DNA from: an uncultured bacterium
GTDB lineage: Bacteria > Acidobacteriota > Thermoanaerobaculia > Multivoradales > JAHZIX01
Assembly (NCBI GenBank): GCA_965368975.1
Contig: CBDUPA010000020.1
Coordinates: forward strand, 1 to 64,000
Reading direction: 5' to 3'
Length of the DNA stretch: 64,000 nucleotides
The notes under the pieces are model-generated. The model saw only the letters and a list, made by a program, of their open reading frames with translations, was not told the DNA's origin and ran no database searches. How positions within the stretch are numbered: the first letter of the stretch is position 1; every line of letters starts with the position of its first letter. Below are positions 19,309 through 30,186 of this stretch, in pieces. The translations under genes were made by a program, and so were the position numbers.

Positions 19309-21318
19309 TCAGTCCAGCAGCGCCTTGACCCGCGCCACCACATTCTCGACCGTGAAGCCGAAATGCTCCGCCAGCGCACCGCCGGGTGCAGATTCGCCGA
19401 AGCCGTCCATGCCGATGACGTCCCCGTCGAGGCCGACGTAGCGTTCCCAGCCCATCTTGGAACTGGCTTCGACCGCCAGGCGCTTGCGCACGGATGGGGG
19501 CAGCACGCTGTCCCGATAGACTTGGCTTTGCGCGTCGAAGATTTCCCAACTCGGTAGGCTGACGACGCGTGTTCGGACGCCTTCTTGGGCCAGTTGCTGG
19601 TGTGCGTCCAGGGCCAGCGGAACTTCGGAGCCGGTGGCGATCAGGATGACTTGCGGGTCGCCATCGCAGTCGGCGAGCACATAGCCGCCCTTGGCCAGGC
19701 CCTCGGCGGCGCGCTCGGCGGTTTCAGCCAGGATGGGGAGCTTCTGACGGGTCAGAGACAAGGCGACGGGAGCATCCCGGTGTTCCAGCGCCCAGTGCCA
19801 GGCAGCGGCGGTTTCGTTGGCATCGGCCGGGCGCAGGACGATCAAGCCCGGGATCGAGCGCAGGCTCAGGAGCTGGCTGATGGGTTGGTGCGTCGGGCCG
19901 TCTTCGCCCAGGAAGATGGAGTCGTGGGTGAAGACGTGGATGACGTGCTGGCCCATCAGGGCACCCAGGCGTATGGCGGGGCGCATGTAGTCGGAGAAGA
20001 TCAGGAAAGTGCCGCCGTAGGGGATGAGCATGCCGGACAGCGCCATGCCGTTGAGGATGGCGCCCATGGCATGCTCGCGCACGCCGAAGTGCAGGTTGCG
20101 GCCTTCCGGGGTGTCGGCGGAAAAGACCGGATCGCCCTTGATCATCGTGTTGTTGGAGCCGGCGAGGTCGGCAGAGCCGCCCATGAGTTCGGTCAGCTGA
20201 CCGGCGACGGCGTTGAGCACCTGGCCGGAAGCGGCGCGCGTGGCGATCTTGGCGCCGGTCTCGAAAGACGGCAGCAGATCCTGCCAGCCATCCGGTAGGC
20301 GCCGCTCGAGGCGTCGCTGCACTTCGGTGGCGGCTTCGCCATGGGCGCCTCGATACTGCTGCAGCAGGTCGCTCCAGACTTGCCGGGCTTCGGCGCCGCG
20401 GCGGGCTCCGTCGGCGAAAGCATCGCGCGCCTCTTGCGGTACGTGAAAGGTCGGTTCCGTGGGCCAGCCGAGGTTCTCCTTGGCGCCGCGCGTCTCTTCG
20501 GCTCCCAGCGGGGCACCGTGGGAGGACGCGCTGTCTTGCTTGGTGGGCGCGCCGTAGCCAATGTGGGTCTTGACGATCACCAGGCTGGGGCGCTCGGTCT
20601 CCGCCTCGGCCGCGCGGGCAGCGGCGTCGAGAGCGTCGAGATCGTTGCCGTCGTCGACGCGCTGCACGAACCAGCCGCAGGCTTCGTAGCGCTGGCCGAC
20701 ATCTTCGGAAAAGGTCAGCGACGTCGAGCCATCGATCGAGATGCCGTTGTCGTCGTAGAAGACCTTGAGCGAAGCGAGGCGGAAATGGCCGGCGAAGGAG
20801 GCGGCTTCGGCGGTCAAGCCCTCCATCAGGTCGCCGTCACTGGCCACCACCCAGATGCGGTGGTCGAAGAGAGGGAAGCCATCACGGTGGAAGCGCGCCG
20901 CCAGGTGCGCCTGGGCCAGCGCCATGCCGGTGGCGGTGGCGAGACCCTGGCCGAGCGGGCCGGTGGTGGTCTCGACTCCGGGAACGAGGCCGAACTCTGG
21001 ATGACCAGCAGTCTTGGAGCCGAGCTGTCGGAAGTTGCGTAGCTCGTCGAGCGGCAGGTCGTAGCCGCTCAGGTGCAGCAGGCCGTAGATCAATGCCGAG
21101 GCGTGACCACACGACAACACAAAGCGGTCGCGGTTGGGCCAATCCGGGTGCTTGGGGTCGTGCCGCAGGTAGCGGCTCCACAGAAGATAGCCCAGTGGTG
21201 CCAGCCCCATAGGGGCACCGGGGTGGCCGGAGTTGGCCTTCTCGACCATGTCCACTGCCAGAAAGCGCAGAGTGTTGATCGCGGTCTGATGCTGCGGGTC
21301 GGAGTTCAGCTGGCTCAT
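19309..21318 (-). CDS. tkt: Transketolase
   Basis: [35 protein letters not shown] (TPP motif), [24 protein letters not shown]. Confidence 0.97.
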   Translation of the reverse strand: MSQLNSDPQHQTAINTLRFLAVDMVEKANSGHPGAPMGLAPLGYLLWSRYLRHDPKHPDWPNRDRFVLSCGHASALIYGLLHLSGYDLPLDELRNFRQLGSKTAGHPEFGLVPGVETTTGPLGQGLATATGMALAQAHLAARFHRDGFPLFDHRIWVVASDGDLMEGLTAEAASFAGHFRLASLKVFYDDNGISIDGSTSLTFSEDVGQRYEACGWFVQRVDDGNDLDALDAAARAAEAETERPSLVIVKTHIGYGAPTKQDSASSHGAPLGAEETRGAKENLGWPTEPTFHVPQEARDAFADGARRGAEARQVWSDLLQQYRGAHGEAATEVQRRLERRLPDGWQDLLPSFETGAKIATRAASGQVLNAVAGQLTELMGGSADLAGSNNTMIKGDPVFSADTPEGRNLHFGVREHAMGAILNGMALSGMLIPYGGTFLIFSDYMRPAIRLGALMGQHVIHVFTHDSIFLGEDGPTHQPISQLLSLRSIPGLIVLRPADANETAAAWHWALEHRDAPVALSLTRQKLPILAETAERAAEGLAKGGYVLADCDGDPQVILIATGSEVPLALDAHQQLAQEGVRTRVVSLPSWEIFDAQSQVYRDSVLPPSVRKRLAVEASSKMGWERYVGLDGDVIGMDGFGESAPGGALAEHFGFTVENVVARVKALLD

Positions 21319-21408
21319 GGCCGCAAGGATAGCCGCTCCCGCGGAGCTGATCCAGGGGTCGGACGCGGCGGCGGGAAAATTTCTTGTCGGTTTTCTTTGC
21401 GTGAGGCT

Positions 21409-21437
21409 TTGACTCCGCGTGGACCAGTGCATACAAT
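21409..21437 (+). promoter_or_regulatory. Sigma70 promoter of tRNA-Ser
   Basis: TTGACT-17 bp-TACAAT, 24 nt upstream of the tRNA. Confidence 0.82.
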
Positions 21438-21461
21438 CGGGAATCCTTGTCGACCCTTTGC

Positions 21462-21556
<95 letters not shown>

Positions 21557-21632
21557 CGACGACTCAAACTCGAAGCTGAGAACCAAGAAAACGCGCCTGG
21601 TGGTGGCGCGGGGGGTTGCACCCGCGCCCAGT

Positions 21633-21650
21633 TTGTGAAAGATTTCACAA
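21633..21650. promoter_or_regulatory. Rex-type operator upstream of the ACIII/caa3 operon
   Basis: TTGTGAAAGATTTCACAA matches the Rex consensus TTGTGAA-N4-TTCACAA; the palindrome extends over 21632-21651. Confidence 0.75.
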
Positions 21651-21762
21651 AGTCCCCCTGAAGATCACCGGGTAGCCGGTGTGACAAGCGACTCGGTGCA
21701 GCAGTGATTCGGCGCATTAAAGGCGCGCGGCCGCTTTCTACGGACAAGCCTGAGAACGAACC

Positions 21763-22410
21763 ATGCCCCAGATCTTCCCTCGCAGTTCCAACATCTACGC
21801 CAGGCTGAGCATCTTGTTCGGCGTGCTGGGTGTCGTCGGCGGAATCGGCCTGATGATGCACTTAGTGCGCTCGCCGCTGCAGACCCGGCAAGGCGTCGTG
21901 CTGCAGCAGCCGGTGCCCTTTAGTCACGACCACCACACCGCGGTGTTGGGTATTCACTGTGTGTACTGCCACACATCTGTGGAGGAGTCCTCCTCCGCGG
22001 GTATCCCGCCGACCGAGACGTGCATGAACTGCCACTCGCAGATTTGGGCCGATAGCCCGATGCTGGAGCCGGTGCGGGCGAGCTGGCGCAACAAAGAGTC
22101 GATCAGCTGGAACCGGGTCTACGACCTGCCAGACTACGTCTACTTCAACCACAGCATCCACATCAAGAAGGGTGTCGGCTGCCAGAGCTGTCACGGCAAC
22201 GTGACCGAGATGCCGCTGCTCTATAGGGCAGAGACGCTGCAGATGCAGTGGTGCCTGGACTGCCATCGCAACCCGGAGAACCACGTGCGGCCACGCGAAG
22301 AGGTGTTCAATTTCGATTGGCAGCCAGCGAATCAGGCCGAGTTGGGGGCGCAGCTGGTCGAGGAATACGACATCAACAGTAAGGACACCTGTTCCACCTG
22401 CCACCGCTGA
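21763..22410 (+). CDS. actA: Alternative complex III pentaheme cytochrome c ActA
   Basis: N-terminal TM; five CxxCH motifs (CVYCH, CMNCH, CQSCH, CLDCH, CSTCH); QPVPFSH. Confidence 0.93.
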   Translation: MPQIFPRSSNIYARLSILFGVLGVVGGIGLMMHLVRSPLQTRQGVVLQQPVPFSHDHHTAVLGIHCVYCHTSVEESSSAGIPPTETCMNCHSQIWADSPMLEPVRASWRNKESISWNRVYDLPDYVYFNHSIHIKKGVGCQSCHGNVTEMPLLYRAETLQMQWCLDCHRNPENHVRPREEVFNFDWQPANQAELGAQLVEEYDINSKDTCSTCHR

Positions 22411-22512
22411 GTGGCGGCGATGGAAGGTAGTCGGGGGATCGTCCGCGCAAAGGACGAAGACCGAAGCCCGGGGCGTTTGCGTTCCGGACGTCAATGAGCC
22501 AGGAGTTAGGAC

Positions 22513-25500
22513 TTGAAAGACAAAGTGGTACGTGAGGGTCTGCGGGTGCTGCAGCCCACTGCGACGCCAGCGGCCAGTGCGACGCCAGCGATGAGCGTGA
22601 CGCCAGCGATGAGTGCGGCGCCAGAGGCCGGCGCAGCGCCGGAGCCGCAACTCCAACTCGACGAGGTGCGTGATCGTCTCGCTCGTCAGGGTGGTCGCAA
22701 GTTCTGGCGCAGTCTCGACGAGCTGGCGCAGACGGAGTCGTTCCGCGACATGATCTTCCGGGAGTTCCCGCGCCACGCTACGGAGTGGACGGACGACGTC
22801 AGTCGTCGCAACTTCCTCCAGCTGGCCGGCGCTTCGCTGGCGCTCGCCGGTCTCACCGGTTGCACGCGCCAGCCACAGGAGCGCATCGTCTCCTATGTCG
22901 AGAAGCCCGAGGAGCTTGTGCCCGGCAAGCCGCTGTTCTTTGCCAGTGCGGTGTCGCGCGGCGGCTATTCGACGGGTGTGCTGGTCGAGAGCCACATGGG
23001 GCGTCCGACCAAAGTCGAGGGCAATCCGCAGCATCCGGCCAGTCTGGGCGCCACGGACGTGCAGGCGCAAGCCGAGGTGCTCGGTCTGTATGATCCGGAT
23101 CGCTCGGCGTCTGTGCGCAATCTCGGTCGTGAGTCCACGTGGACGGCGTTCTCGGCCGCCTTTGCCAGCGAGCTGGTGGCGCAGGAAGCGCTGCGTGGCG
23201 AAGGTATTCGCATTCTCACGGAGTCCGTGACCTCGCCCACCCTGGCGGCGCAGCTGGCCAAGGTGCAGGAGCGCTTCCCGGAGGCTCGCTGGCACCAGTT
23301 CGAGCCCGCCGGTCGCGATGCCGCTCGCGAGGGGGCGCAGCTGGCTTTCGGTAGCGCTGCCGAGTTCAGCTATGACATCGCTCAGGCCGACGTGATCGTC
23401 ACCCTGGATGCGGATCTGCTCGGCGAAGGGCCTGCCCACCTGCGCTACTCCCGTGAGTTCACCGCGCGCCGCCGTGCCGTCGACGCCGCGCAGAGCGTGG
23501 AGCCGAATCGTCTGTACGCCATTGAGAGCACGCCGACCAACACCGGCACGCTGGCCGACCATCGCCTGTCGGTGCGCACCAGCGAAGTCCATGGCTTCGC
23601 CCTGGCCCTGGCTGCTCGCCTGGGAGTTGCTGGTGCCGCGGCTCCGGCATCGCTCGACGACAAGGTCACCAAGATGGTGGACGCCGTCGCCCAAGACCTG
23701 CAGGCGCATGCCGGCAGAAGCCTGGTCGCTGCTGGTGAGTACACCTCGCCCGAGCTGGTCGCGCTGGTGCTCGCCATCAACAGTGCCCTGAGCAACCTCG
23801 GTTCGACCGTCAAGGTGACGGAGCCGGTCGCGGTGCCGCCAGGCGAAAATGCCTCGCTGCGGGCGCTGGTTGAAGACCTCAACGCCGGCAAGGTGGATGT
23901 GCTCGTCGTTCTCGACAGCAACCCGGTGTACAGTGCGCCGGCTGACCTGGGCTTCGAGGCTGCGATCCAGAAGGCGCGCCTGCGGGTTCACTGGGGGCTG
24001 TATCAGGACGAAACCGCCGACTACTGCCAGTGGCACGTCAACGCTGCTCACTTCTTGGAAGGGTGGAGCGACGGCCGTGCCTATGATGGCACCATCTCGG
24101 TGGTGCAGCCGCTGATTGAGCCGCTCTACGAAGGTCGCACGGTGCACGAGATCGTCGGTCTGCTGAGCGGCGATCTTGGCTTCAACGCCTACGAGTTGAT
24201 CGAGAAGTACTGGCAGGAGAATTGGGCTGCCTGGGGAGGCGAGGGCGACCCGGCCGCCGGCTTCCGGCGTCTGCTGCACGATGGCCTGCTGCCCGGTAGC
24301 GAGTTGCCGGCCCGGTCCGTGGCGATCGATGCCGCTGGTGTGGGTGCCGCGGCGCAGAAGCTGGCCGAGCAGGCGGGCAGCGCGACCGAGCTGGAGCTGG
24401 TGTTGCGTCCCGATCCGTCGCTCTTCGATGGCCGCTACGCCAACCTCGGTTGGTTGCAGGAGCTGCCGAGGCCGCTCACCAAGCTGACGTGGGACAACGC
24501 GCTGCTGATCAGTCCCGCAACCGTCAAGGCGCTGGGCCTGCAAGGCGAGATGCCCGGCGTGCCGCTGTTGCCCAAGCAGCTGACCGGCGACGAAGCCGAG
24601 CTGTGGTCGCTGATCGATGCCACCGGCAAGATGGTGCGGATCACCATCGGGGAGCAGGCGCTGGACGTGCCCCTGTGGGTGCAGCCTGGGCAAGCCGATG
24701 GCGTTCTCACCCTGCATTTGGGCCACGGTCGCCGCAAGGCGGGTCGGGTTGGCAATGGAAGTGGTTTCGACGCCTACGCCCTCCGCAACCATGAGACGCC
24801 CTGGTATGCGCCGAGCGTCAGTCTGGAGCCCACGGGTGATCGCTTCGAGCTGGCCTCGACGCAGCTGCACCACAACATTCCGGTAGAGAGTGAAGAGGCG
24901 GAGAAGCGCCACATGGTGCGCACGGCCACCTTCGAGGAGTTCCGCGCGGACCCGGAAGTGATCGCGCACATGGGGCATGGTGATTTGGCGAACGAGACCA
25001 TCTACCCTGGTTGGGACTACAGCGAAGGGTATGCCTGGGGCATGGTAATCGATCTCAACGCCTGCACCGGCTGCAACGCTTGTGTTGTCGCCTGCCAGGC
25101 GGAGAACAACATCCCGATCGTCGGTAAGCAGGAGGTCATCAACGGCCGTGAGATGCACTGGATTCGGGTCGATCGCTACTTCCATGGCGAAGACCTGAGC
25201 AATCTGGAAGTGCACAATCAGCCGGTGACCTGCATGCATTGTGAGCAGGCGCCTTGCGAGCTGGTCTGTCCGGTGGCCGCTACCGTGCACAGCGACGAGG
25301 GGCTCAACGACATGGTCTACAACCGCTGTGTCGGCACGCGCTACTGTTCGAACAACTGCCCCTACAAGGTACGCCGCTTCAACTGGTTCTACTTCAACGG
25401 GCGCCACCCGAACAGTGCCAAGTCCGCCGAGTTGCAGCGCAATCCGGACGTGACGGTGCGAACGCGCGGCGTCATGGAGAAGTGCACCTACTGCGTGCAG

Positions 25501-25755
25501 CGCATCAACGAGAGCAAGATTCAGGCGAAACTCGAAGATCGCAAGGTGCGCGACGGCGAGATCAAGACCGCTTGTCAGCAGGTTTGCCCGAGCGACGCGA
25601 TCGCCTTCGGCGACATCAATGATGCCGAGGCGCGGGTGAGCCAGTGGAAGGGCAGTCCGCTCAACTACGGAATGCTTTCCGAACTTGGCACCCGTCCGCG
25701 CACCACCTACCTGGCGAAGCTGCGCAATCCCAACCCGATGCTGGAGGAGAGCTAA
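22513..25755 (+). CDS. actB: Alternative complex III ActB (molybdopterin-oxidoreductase-like fold fused to Fe-S domain)
   Basis: FWRSLDEL pre-Tat segment, SRRNFL Tat motif, GRPTKVEGNP; Fe-S motifs CTGCNACVVAC, CMHCEQAPC..VCP, CVGTRYCSNNCPY, KCTYC. Confidence 0.93.
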   Translation: MKDKVVREGLRVLQPTATPAASATPAMSVTPAMSAAPEAGAAPEPQLQLDEVRDRLARQGGRKFWRSLDELAQTESFRDMIFREFPRHATEWTDDVSRRNFLQLAGASLALAGLTGCTRQPQERIVSYVEKPEELVPGKPLFFASAVSRGGYSTGVLVESHMGRPTKVEGNPQHPASLGATDVQAQAEVLGLYDPDRSASVRNLGRESTWTAFSAAFASELVAQEALRGEGIRILTESVTSPTLAAQLAKVQERFPEARWHQFEPAGRDAAREGAQLAFGSAAEFSYDIAQADVIVTLDADLLGEGPAHLRYSREFTARRRAVDAAQSVEPNRLYAIESTPTNTGTLADHRLSVRTSEVHGFALALAARLGVAGAAAPASLDDKVTKMVDAVAQDLQAHAGRSLVAAGEYTSPELVALVLAINSALSNLGSTVKVTEPVAVPPGENASLRALVEDLNAGKVDVLVVLDSNPVYSAPADLGFEAAIQKARLRVHWGLYQDETADYCQWHVNAAHFLEGWSDGRAYDGTISVVQPLIEPLYEGRTVHEIVGLLSGDLGFNAYELIEKYWQENWAAWGGEGDPAAGFRRLLHDGLLPGSELPARSVAIDAAGVGAAAQKLAEQAGSATELELVLRPDPSLFDGRYANLGWLQELPRPLTKLTWDNALLISPATVKALGLQGEMPGVPLLPKQLTGDEAELWSLIDATGKMVRITIGEQALDVPLWVQPGQADGVLTLHLGHGRRKAGRVGNGSGFDAYALRNHETPWYAPSVSLEPTGDRFELASTQLHHNIPVESEEAEKRHMVRTATFEEFRADPEVIAHMGHGDLANETIYPGWDYSEGYAWGMVIDLNACTGCNACVVACQAENNIPIVGKQEVINGREMHWIRVDRYFHGEDLSNLEVHNQPVTCMHCEQAPCELVCPVAATVHSDEGLNDMVYNRCVGTRYCSNNCPYKVRRFNWFYFNGRHPNSAKSAELQRNPDVTVRTRGVMEKCTYCVQRINESKIQAKLEDRKVRDGEIKTACQQVCPSDAIAFGDINDAEARVSQWKGSPLNYGMLSELGTRPRTTYLAKLRNPNPMLEES
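22561..22647 (+). repeat. Imperfect 18-bp tandem repeat (4-5 copies) in the actB 5' end
   Basis: GCGACGCCAGCGGCCAGT/GCGACGCCAGCGATGAGC/GTGACGCCAGCGATGAGT/GCGGCGCCAGAGGCCGGC, encoding ATPAAS-ATPAMS-VTPAMS-AAPEAG. Confidence 0.75.
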
Positions 25756-25759
25756 GGTT

Positions 25760-27172
25760 ATGTCCGTTCTCAACCCACCGGCTTCCGAGAAGCCGCATAG
25801 TCCGCCTCTGGTCGGAGCCGGTCAGACCTATGGCTCTGTAACCGACCACATCAGCGGCGTCATCTTCGGGCGCACGCCGCTGTGGTGGTATGGGGTCATG
25901 ATGATGGCGCTCGGCGTCGTCGGAGTCCTTGGTCTGGCCGTCGGCTACCTGCTCTGGGAAGGCACCGGAATCTGGGGTCTGAACATCCCGGTCGGCTGGG
26001 GCTTTGCCATTATCAACTTCGTTTGGTGGATCGGTATCGGCCACGCCGGTACCTTGATCTCCGCCATCCTGTGCCTGCTGAAGCAGGAATGGCGGACCTC
26101 GATCAACCGATTCGCCGAGGCCATGACTTTGTTCGCGGTGGCTTGTGCGGCCATGTTCCCATTGCTGCACACAGGTCGCCCCTGGCTGGCCGCCTACTGG
26201 CTCCTTCCCTACCCGAACACCATGGGGCTGTGGCCGAACTTCCGTAGTCCCCTGATCTGGGACGTCTTTGCGGTCAGCACCTATGCAGCAGTGTCGCTGA
26301 TGTTCTGGTTCATCGGACTGATTCCCGATCTCGCGACCATGCGCGACAAGGCCAAGAGCAAGTTCTCGCAGGTCGTCTACGGCATGCTTTCTATGGGCTG
26401 GCGCGGCTCGGCCAAGCACTGGCACAACTACGAGGTCGCCTACCTGCTGCTGGCGGGCTTGTCGACCCCTCTGGTGCTGTCGGTACACACCGTCGTGAGT
26501 TTCGACTTCGCGGTCGGTCAGACGCCCGGTTGGCACGCCACCATCTTCCCGCCCTATTTCGTTGCCGGCGCCATCTATGCCGGCTTCGCGATGGTTCTGC
26601 TGCTGGCGATCCCGTTGCGCTTCCTGTTCAATCTGTATGACTTCATCACGGATCTGCACCTGCAGAACATGGCCAAGATCATGCTGGGCACCGGCTTGAT
26701 CGTCTGCTACGGCTACTGTGCGGAGCTGTTCTATGGCTTCTACAGTTCGAACCCGTACGAGACCTTCATGCTGATGAACCGTAAGGCTGGTCCCTACCAG
26801 TTACAGTGGTTCGCCCTCTTCCTGTGCAACGGCCTGATACCGCAGATCCTGTGGATCAAGCGCTTCCGCACCTCTACCCCGATGTTGTTCCTCGTCTCGA
26901 TCGTGGTCAGCATCGGCATGTGGCTGGAACGCTTCATCATCGTGGTTACCAGTCTGCACCGGGACTTCGTACCGAGTTCCTGGGGTATGTACTCCGGCAC
27001 GATCTGGGACTGGGCGTTGTTCATCGGCACCATGGGCCTGTTCACCACGCTGTTCTTCCTCTTCGTGCGCTTCCTGCCGATGATCTCGATGTTCGAGATG
27101 CGCTCGGTGTTGCCGGCGTCGAAAGGCGAGGCGGCCCTGAGCGGTCCCAGTGCACTGAAAGGAGAGTCGTGA
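25760..27172 (+). CDS. actC: ACIII quinol-binding subunit ActC (NrfD/PsrC family)
   Basis: WGFAIINFVWWIGIGHAGTLISA, RFAEAMT, HTGRPW, PNFRSPLIWD, WHATIFPPYFVAGA, GMWLERF. Confidence 0.93.
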   Translation: MSVLNPPASEKPHSPPLVGAGQTYGSVTDHISGVIFGRTPLWWYGVMMMALGVVGVLGLAVGYLLWEGTGIWGLNIPVGWGFAIINFVWWIGIGHAGTLISAILCLLKQEWRTSINRFAEAMTLFAVACAAMFPLLHTGRPWLAAYWLLPYPNTMGLWPNFRSPLIWDVFAVSTYAAVSLMFWFIGLIPDLATMRDKAKSKFSQVVYGMLSMGWRGSAKHWHNYEVAYLLLAGLSTPLVLSVHTVVSFDFAVGQTPGWHATIFPPYFVAGAIYAGFAMVLLLAIPLRFLFNLYDFITDLHLQNMAKIMLGTGLIVCYGYCAELFYGFYSSNPYETFMLMNRKAGPYQLQWFALFLCNGLIPQILWIKRFRTSTPMLFLVSIVVSIGMWLERFIIVVTSLHRDFVPSSWGMYSGTIWDWALFIGTMGLFTTLFFLFVRFLPMISMFEMRSVLPASKGEAALSGPSALKGES

Positions 27173-27723
27173 TGGCACACGCGGTTCGACAAGAGCCGAG
27201 TCTGCACGGCCTGATGGCTGAGTTCGAAACCCCGGACGCGGTCGTCGCGGCTGCGGAGAAGAGCTACGAGGCGGGATATCGCCAGATGGACGCCTACACG
27301 CCCTACCCGATCGAAGAGCTCTGCGAGGCGATCGGTGAGCACCATTCGAAGGTGCCTCTGCTCGTGCTGATCGGTGGTGTCTGTGGTGCGCTGTTCGGCT
27401 TCGGTCTGCAGTACATCACCTCGGTCCACGTCTATGCCCTCAACATCGGCGGTCGACCGCTCAATAGCTGGCCGGCCTTCATTCCGGTCACCTTCGAGTG
27501 CACCATTCTGTTCGCCGCCTTGTCGGCGGTGGTCGGCATGCTGGCGCTCAATGGGCTGCCAAGGCCGCACCATCCGGTGTTCAACGTCGAGGGCTTTCGA
27601 CGCGCCAGTCGCGACCGCTTCTTCCTGTGCATCGAGTCCAAGGACCCGAAGTTCGACGCCAACAAGACGGCCGAGTTCCTGCGCAGCCTGAATCCGACGG
27701 AGGTCCGGGAAGTTGAAGACTGA
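27172..27723 (+). CDS. actD: ACIII subunit ActD (DUF3341)
   Basis: DAYTPYP, NIGGRP..SWPAFIPVTFE, ASRDRFFLCI. Confidence 0.9.
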   Translation: MAHAVRQEPSLHGLMAEFETPDAVVAAAEKSYEAGYRQMDAYTPYPIEELCEAIGEHHSKVPLLVLIGGVCGALFGFGLQYITSVHVYALNIGGRPLNSWPAFIPVTFECTILFAALSAVVGMLALNGLPRPHHPVFNVEGFRRASRDRFFLCIESKDPKFDANKTAEFLRSLNPTEVREVED

Positions 27724-28372
27724 GAAGCTGACCCTCTTGATCGCCATGCTTTGCGGCACGTTGCTGCTGAGCGTTGGTTGCCGGCAGGATATGCACGACC
27801 AGGAGAAGCTGGAGCCTTTCGAGGCTCACACCTTCTTCAATGACGGCAAGGCCTCCCGAATGCTGCCTGCCAACACGGTGGCTCGCGGCCACCTCCGTGA
27901 AGACACCGAGTACTACACGGGCAAGGTTGGCGCCGCGTATGTTGCCGAGTTTCCGATGCCCGTCACGCAGGAAGTCCTGCGCCGCGGCCAGAGTCGCTAC
28001 AACATCTTCTGCACCCCGTGCCACGACCGTGTTGGTACTGGCAACGGCGTGATCGTGCAACGTGGCTACAAGGAGGCTGCCTCCTTCCACGAGCAGCGGC
28101 TGCGCGATTCGGAGCCGGGGTACTTCTACAACGTCATCACCGAAGGATTCGGTGTGATGCCGAGTTACGCGCGCCAGATCAAGCCCGAAGATCGCTGGGC
28201 CATCGCCGCTTACATCCGTGCCCTGCAACTGTCACAGAATGCCGCGTTCGCCGAACTCGGGCCAGAGATGGAGCGCGAAGTGCGCGATGCCATCGAGGCC
28301 TCGGCGCAGGCTGCCGAAGCGGATGAAACTGCGGGCGATGGCCACGGCGAAGGTCATCATGGGGCGCACTGA
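27713..28372 (+). CDS. actE: ACIII monoheme cytochrome c lipoprotein ActE
   Basis: Lipobox LSVGC followed by RQDMHDQ; CTPCH; MPSY; His-rich tail. Confidence 0.9.
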   Translation: MKTEKLTLLIAMLCGTLLLSVGCRQDMHDQEKLEPFEAHTFFNDGKASRMLPANTVARGHLREDTEYYTGKVGAAYVAEFPMPVTQEVLRRGQSRYNIFCTPCHDRVGTGNGVIVQRGYKEAASFHEQRLRDSEPGYFYNVITEGFGVMPSYARQIKPEDRWAIAAYIRALQLSQNAAFAELGPEMEREVRDAIEASAQAAEADETAGDGHGEGHHGAH

Positions 28373-28391
28373 AGAGGGCCGGATCGACGTC

Positions 28392-29585
28392 ATGAGCGAA
28401 CAGAACATCGAATGGACAGCTGAGAACTTCGCCGCACCGGCGGGAGTCGACCGCCTGCGGTTGGTGGGCATCGCCGCGGCGGTACTCGGCTTGATCGGCT
28501 GCGGCATTGGCTGGAGCCAGCACGCAACCCACTTCTTCCAGTCCTACCTGGTGGCGTTCCTGTTCTGGATCAGCCTGTCACTGGGTGCGCTGGGGTTGAT
28601 CATGCTCAACCACATGACCGCGGGTGCTTGGGGTCTGGTGTTGCGCCGCGTCAACGAGGCGTCGGCGAGCACCTTGGGCCTGATGGCGTTGCTGTGGATC
28701 CCGATCTACCTCGGCATGGAGGACATCTTCAGCTGGGTAGGCCCGGAGGCCGCGCACGACGAGATCATCCAAGGCAAGGCCTGGTTTCTCAATGAGACTG
28801 GTTTCCTGATCCGTGCGGTCGTGTACTTTGCACTGCTGCTGGGTATGTGGTTCCTGCTACGCCGCTACTCCCTGGCACAGGACAAGGATCCCAAGCCTGA
28901 GCAAGTTGCCGGCATGCGTCGCATCAGTGCTCCCGGCCTGCTGGTCTTCGCGCTCCTGCTGACACCCCTGTCGACCGACTGGTTGATGTCGCTCGATCCG
29001 CACTGGTACTCCAGCATCTACGGCGCCTATTTCATCATCAGCTGTGCCGTGGGGGCCATGGCCTTCATGATCCTGATGGCAACCCTGCTGACCGCGGATG
29101 GCGGTCCGATGAGCAAAGTGATCACCAAGTACCGGTTCCACGACTGGGGTAAGTTGCAGCTGGCCTTTGTCCTGGTGTGGGCCTACTTCACCGTCTCGCA
29201 GCTGATCATCATCTGGCAGGGAAACCTGCCGGAAGAGATCCTCTGGTACAAGCATCGGTCGCACGGTGACTGGTTGACCCTGGGAATGGCCGTTGCGTTC
29301 CTGCACTTCGCGCTGCCCTTCATCCTGCTGCTGTCCAGGCCGCTGAAGCAGAATCGCGGCACGCTGGCGCCAGTCGCTGCCATGTTGCTGGTCATGCATT
29401 GGCTGGACTACTACTGGCAGGCGGGTCCGACCTTTCACGAGCACTTCACCCTGCACTGGCTCGACGGCGCGACGATGCTGGCGATCGGTGGCCTCTGGCT
29501 GACGGTCTTCACCACAGTCCTGCGGCGTCACCCCGTGTTGCCGTACCGTGATCCGTACTTGCCGGAAGCGCTGCGCGCGCACTGA
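28392..29585 (+). CDS. actF: ACIII membrane subunit ActF
   Basis: DWLMSLDPHWYSSIYG, HDWGKL, SQLIIIWQGNLPEE; multiple TM helices. Confidence 0.88.
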   Translation: MSEQNIEWTAENFAAPAGVDRLRLVGIAAAVLGLIGCGIGWSQHATHFFQSYLVAFLFWISLSLGALGLIMLNHMTAGAWGLVLRRVNEASASTLGLMALLWIPIYLGMEDIFSWVGPEAAHDEIIQGKAWFLNETGFLIRAVVYFALLLGMWFLLRRYSLAQDKDPKPEQVAGMRRISAPGLLVFALLLTPLSTDWLMSLDPHWYSSIYGAYFIISCAVGAMAFMILMATLLTADGGPMSKVITKYRFHDWGKLQLAFVLVWAYFTVSQLIIIWQGNLPEEILWYKHRSHGDWLTLGMAVAFLHFALPFILLLSRPLKQNRGTLAPVAAMLLVMHWLDYYWQAGPTFHEHFTLHWLDGATMLAIGGLWLTVFTTVLRRHPVLPYRDPYLPEALRAH

Positions 29586-29598
29586 AGAGGAATCGACG

Positions 29599-30186
29599 AT
29601 GAGTGAGCTGCACAAGCCCAACGAGGCGCCCAGCGACAACGAAGGGCTCTTCGACTCCAGAGTGCCACCGTTTGATCGGGAATTGAACGTGCGGGCGATC
29701 CTGATCGCCGGTGCTATTGGTACCGTGATCACGATCCTCAGCTTCGTCACCATGTGGTGGCTGTTCCTGGGCCTCAAGGGGTGGGAGGAATCCAAGGATC
29801 CTGCTCCGTCGCCCTTTCAGGAGCAGGTCAAGGACTACAAACCGCCCGCGCCAAATCTCCAGGAGTTTCCGCCAACGACCGATATCGAGGCTTTCCATGC
29901 TTGGGAAGAGGAGATCCTGGGCTCGTACAGTGTCGTAGACGAGGAGACTGGGGTGGCGCGCATTCCGATCGAGCGTGCGATGGAACTGGTGCTGGAGCGT
30001 GGCTTCCCAACCCGTCCGGGTGTCGAGCTCGACGCCGTTGATGACGAGGTTACGGTGCCAGGACAACTGCTGGTCGAGCCCGTCACCGGCGACACCGATG
30101 CCAGCTCGGAGGCCAGTACGCTGGACACCGGAGAAGGCGCCGCGGCCCCTGAAGTCGAATCCTCGAATGGCCACGGAGCTGCCTGA
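29599..30186 (+). CDS. ACIII accessory single-TM subunit (ActG-like)
   Basis: Single TM, PPAPNLQ, YSVVD..TGVARIPIERAM motif; position between actF and SCO; acidic tail. Confidence 0.7.
   Translation: MSELHKPNEAPSDNEGLFDSRVPPFDRELNVRAILIAGAIGTVITILSFVTMWWLFLGLKGWEESKDPAPSPFQEQVKDYKPPAPNLQEFPPTTDIEAFHAWEEEILGSYSVVDEETGVARIPIERAMELVLERGFPTRPGVELDAVDDEVTVPGQLLVEPVTGDTDASSEASTLDTGEGAAAPEVESSNGHGAA

Noticed and set aside
21862-25773. 1303-aa minus-strand ORF and many other long antisense or alternate-frame ORFs
   Set aside because: Shadow ORFs of high-GC3 genes (here actA/actB); no recognisable motifs, and they fully overlap well-supported genes.
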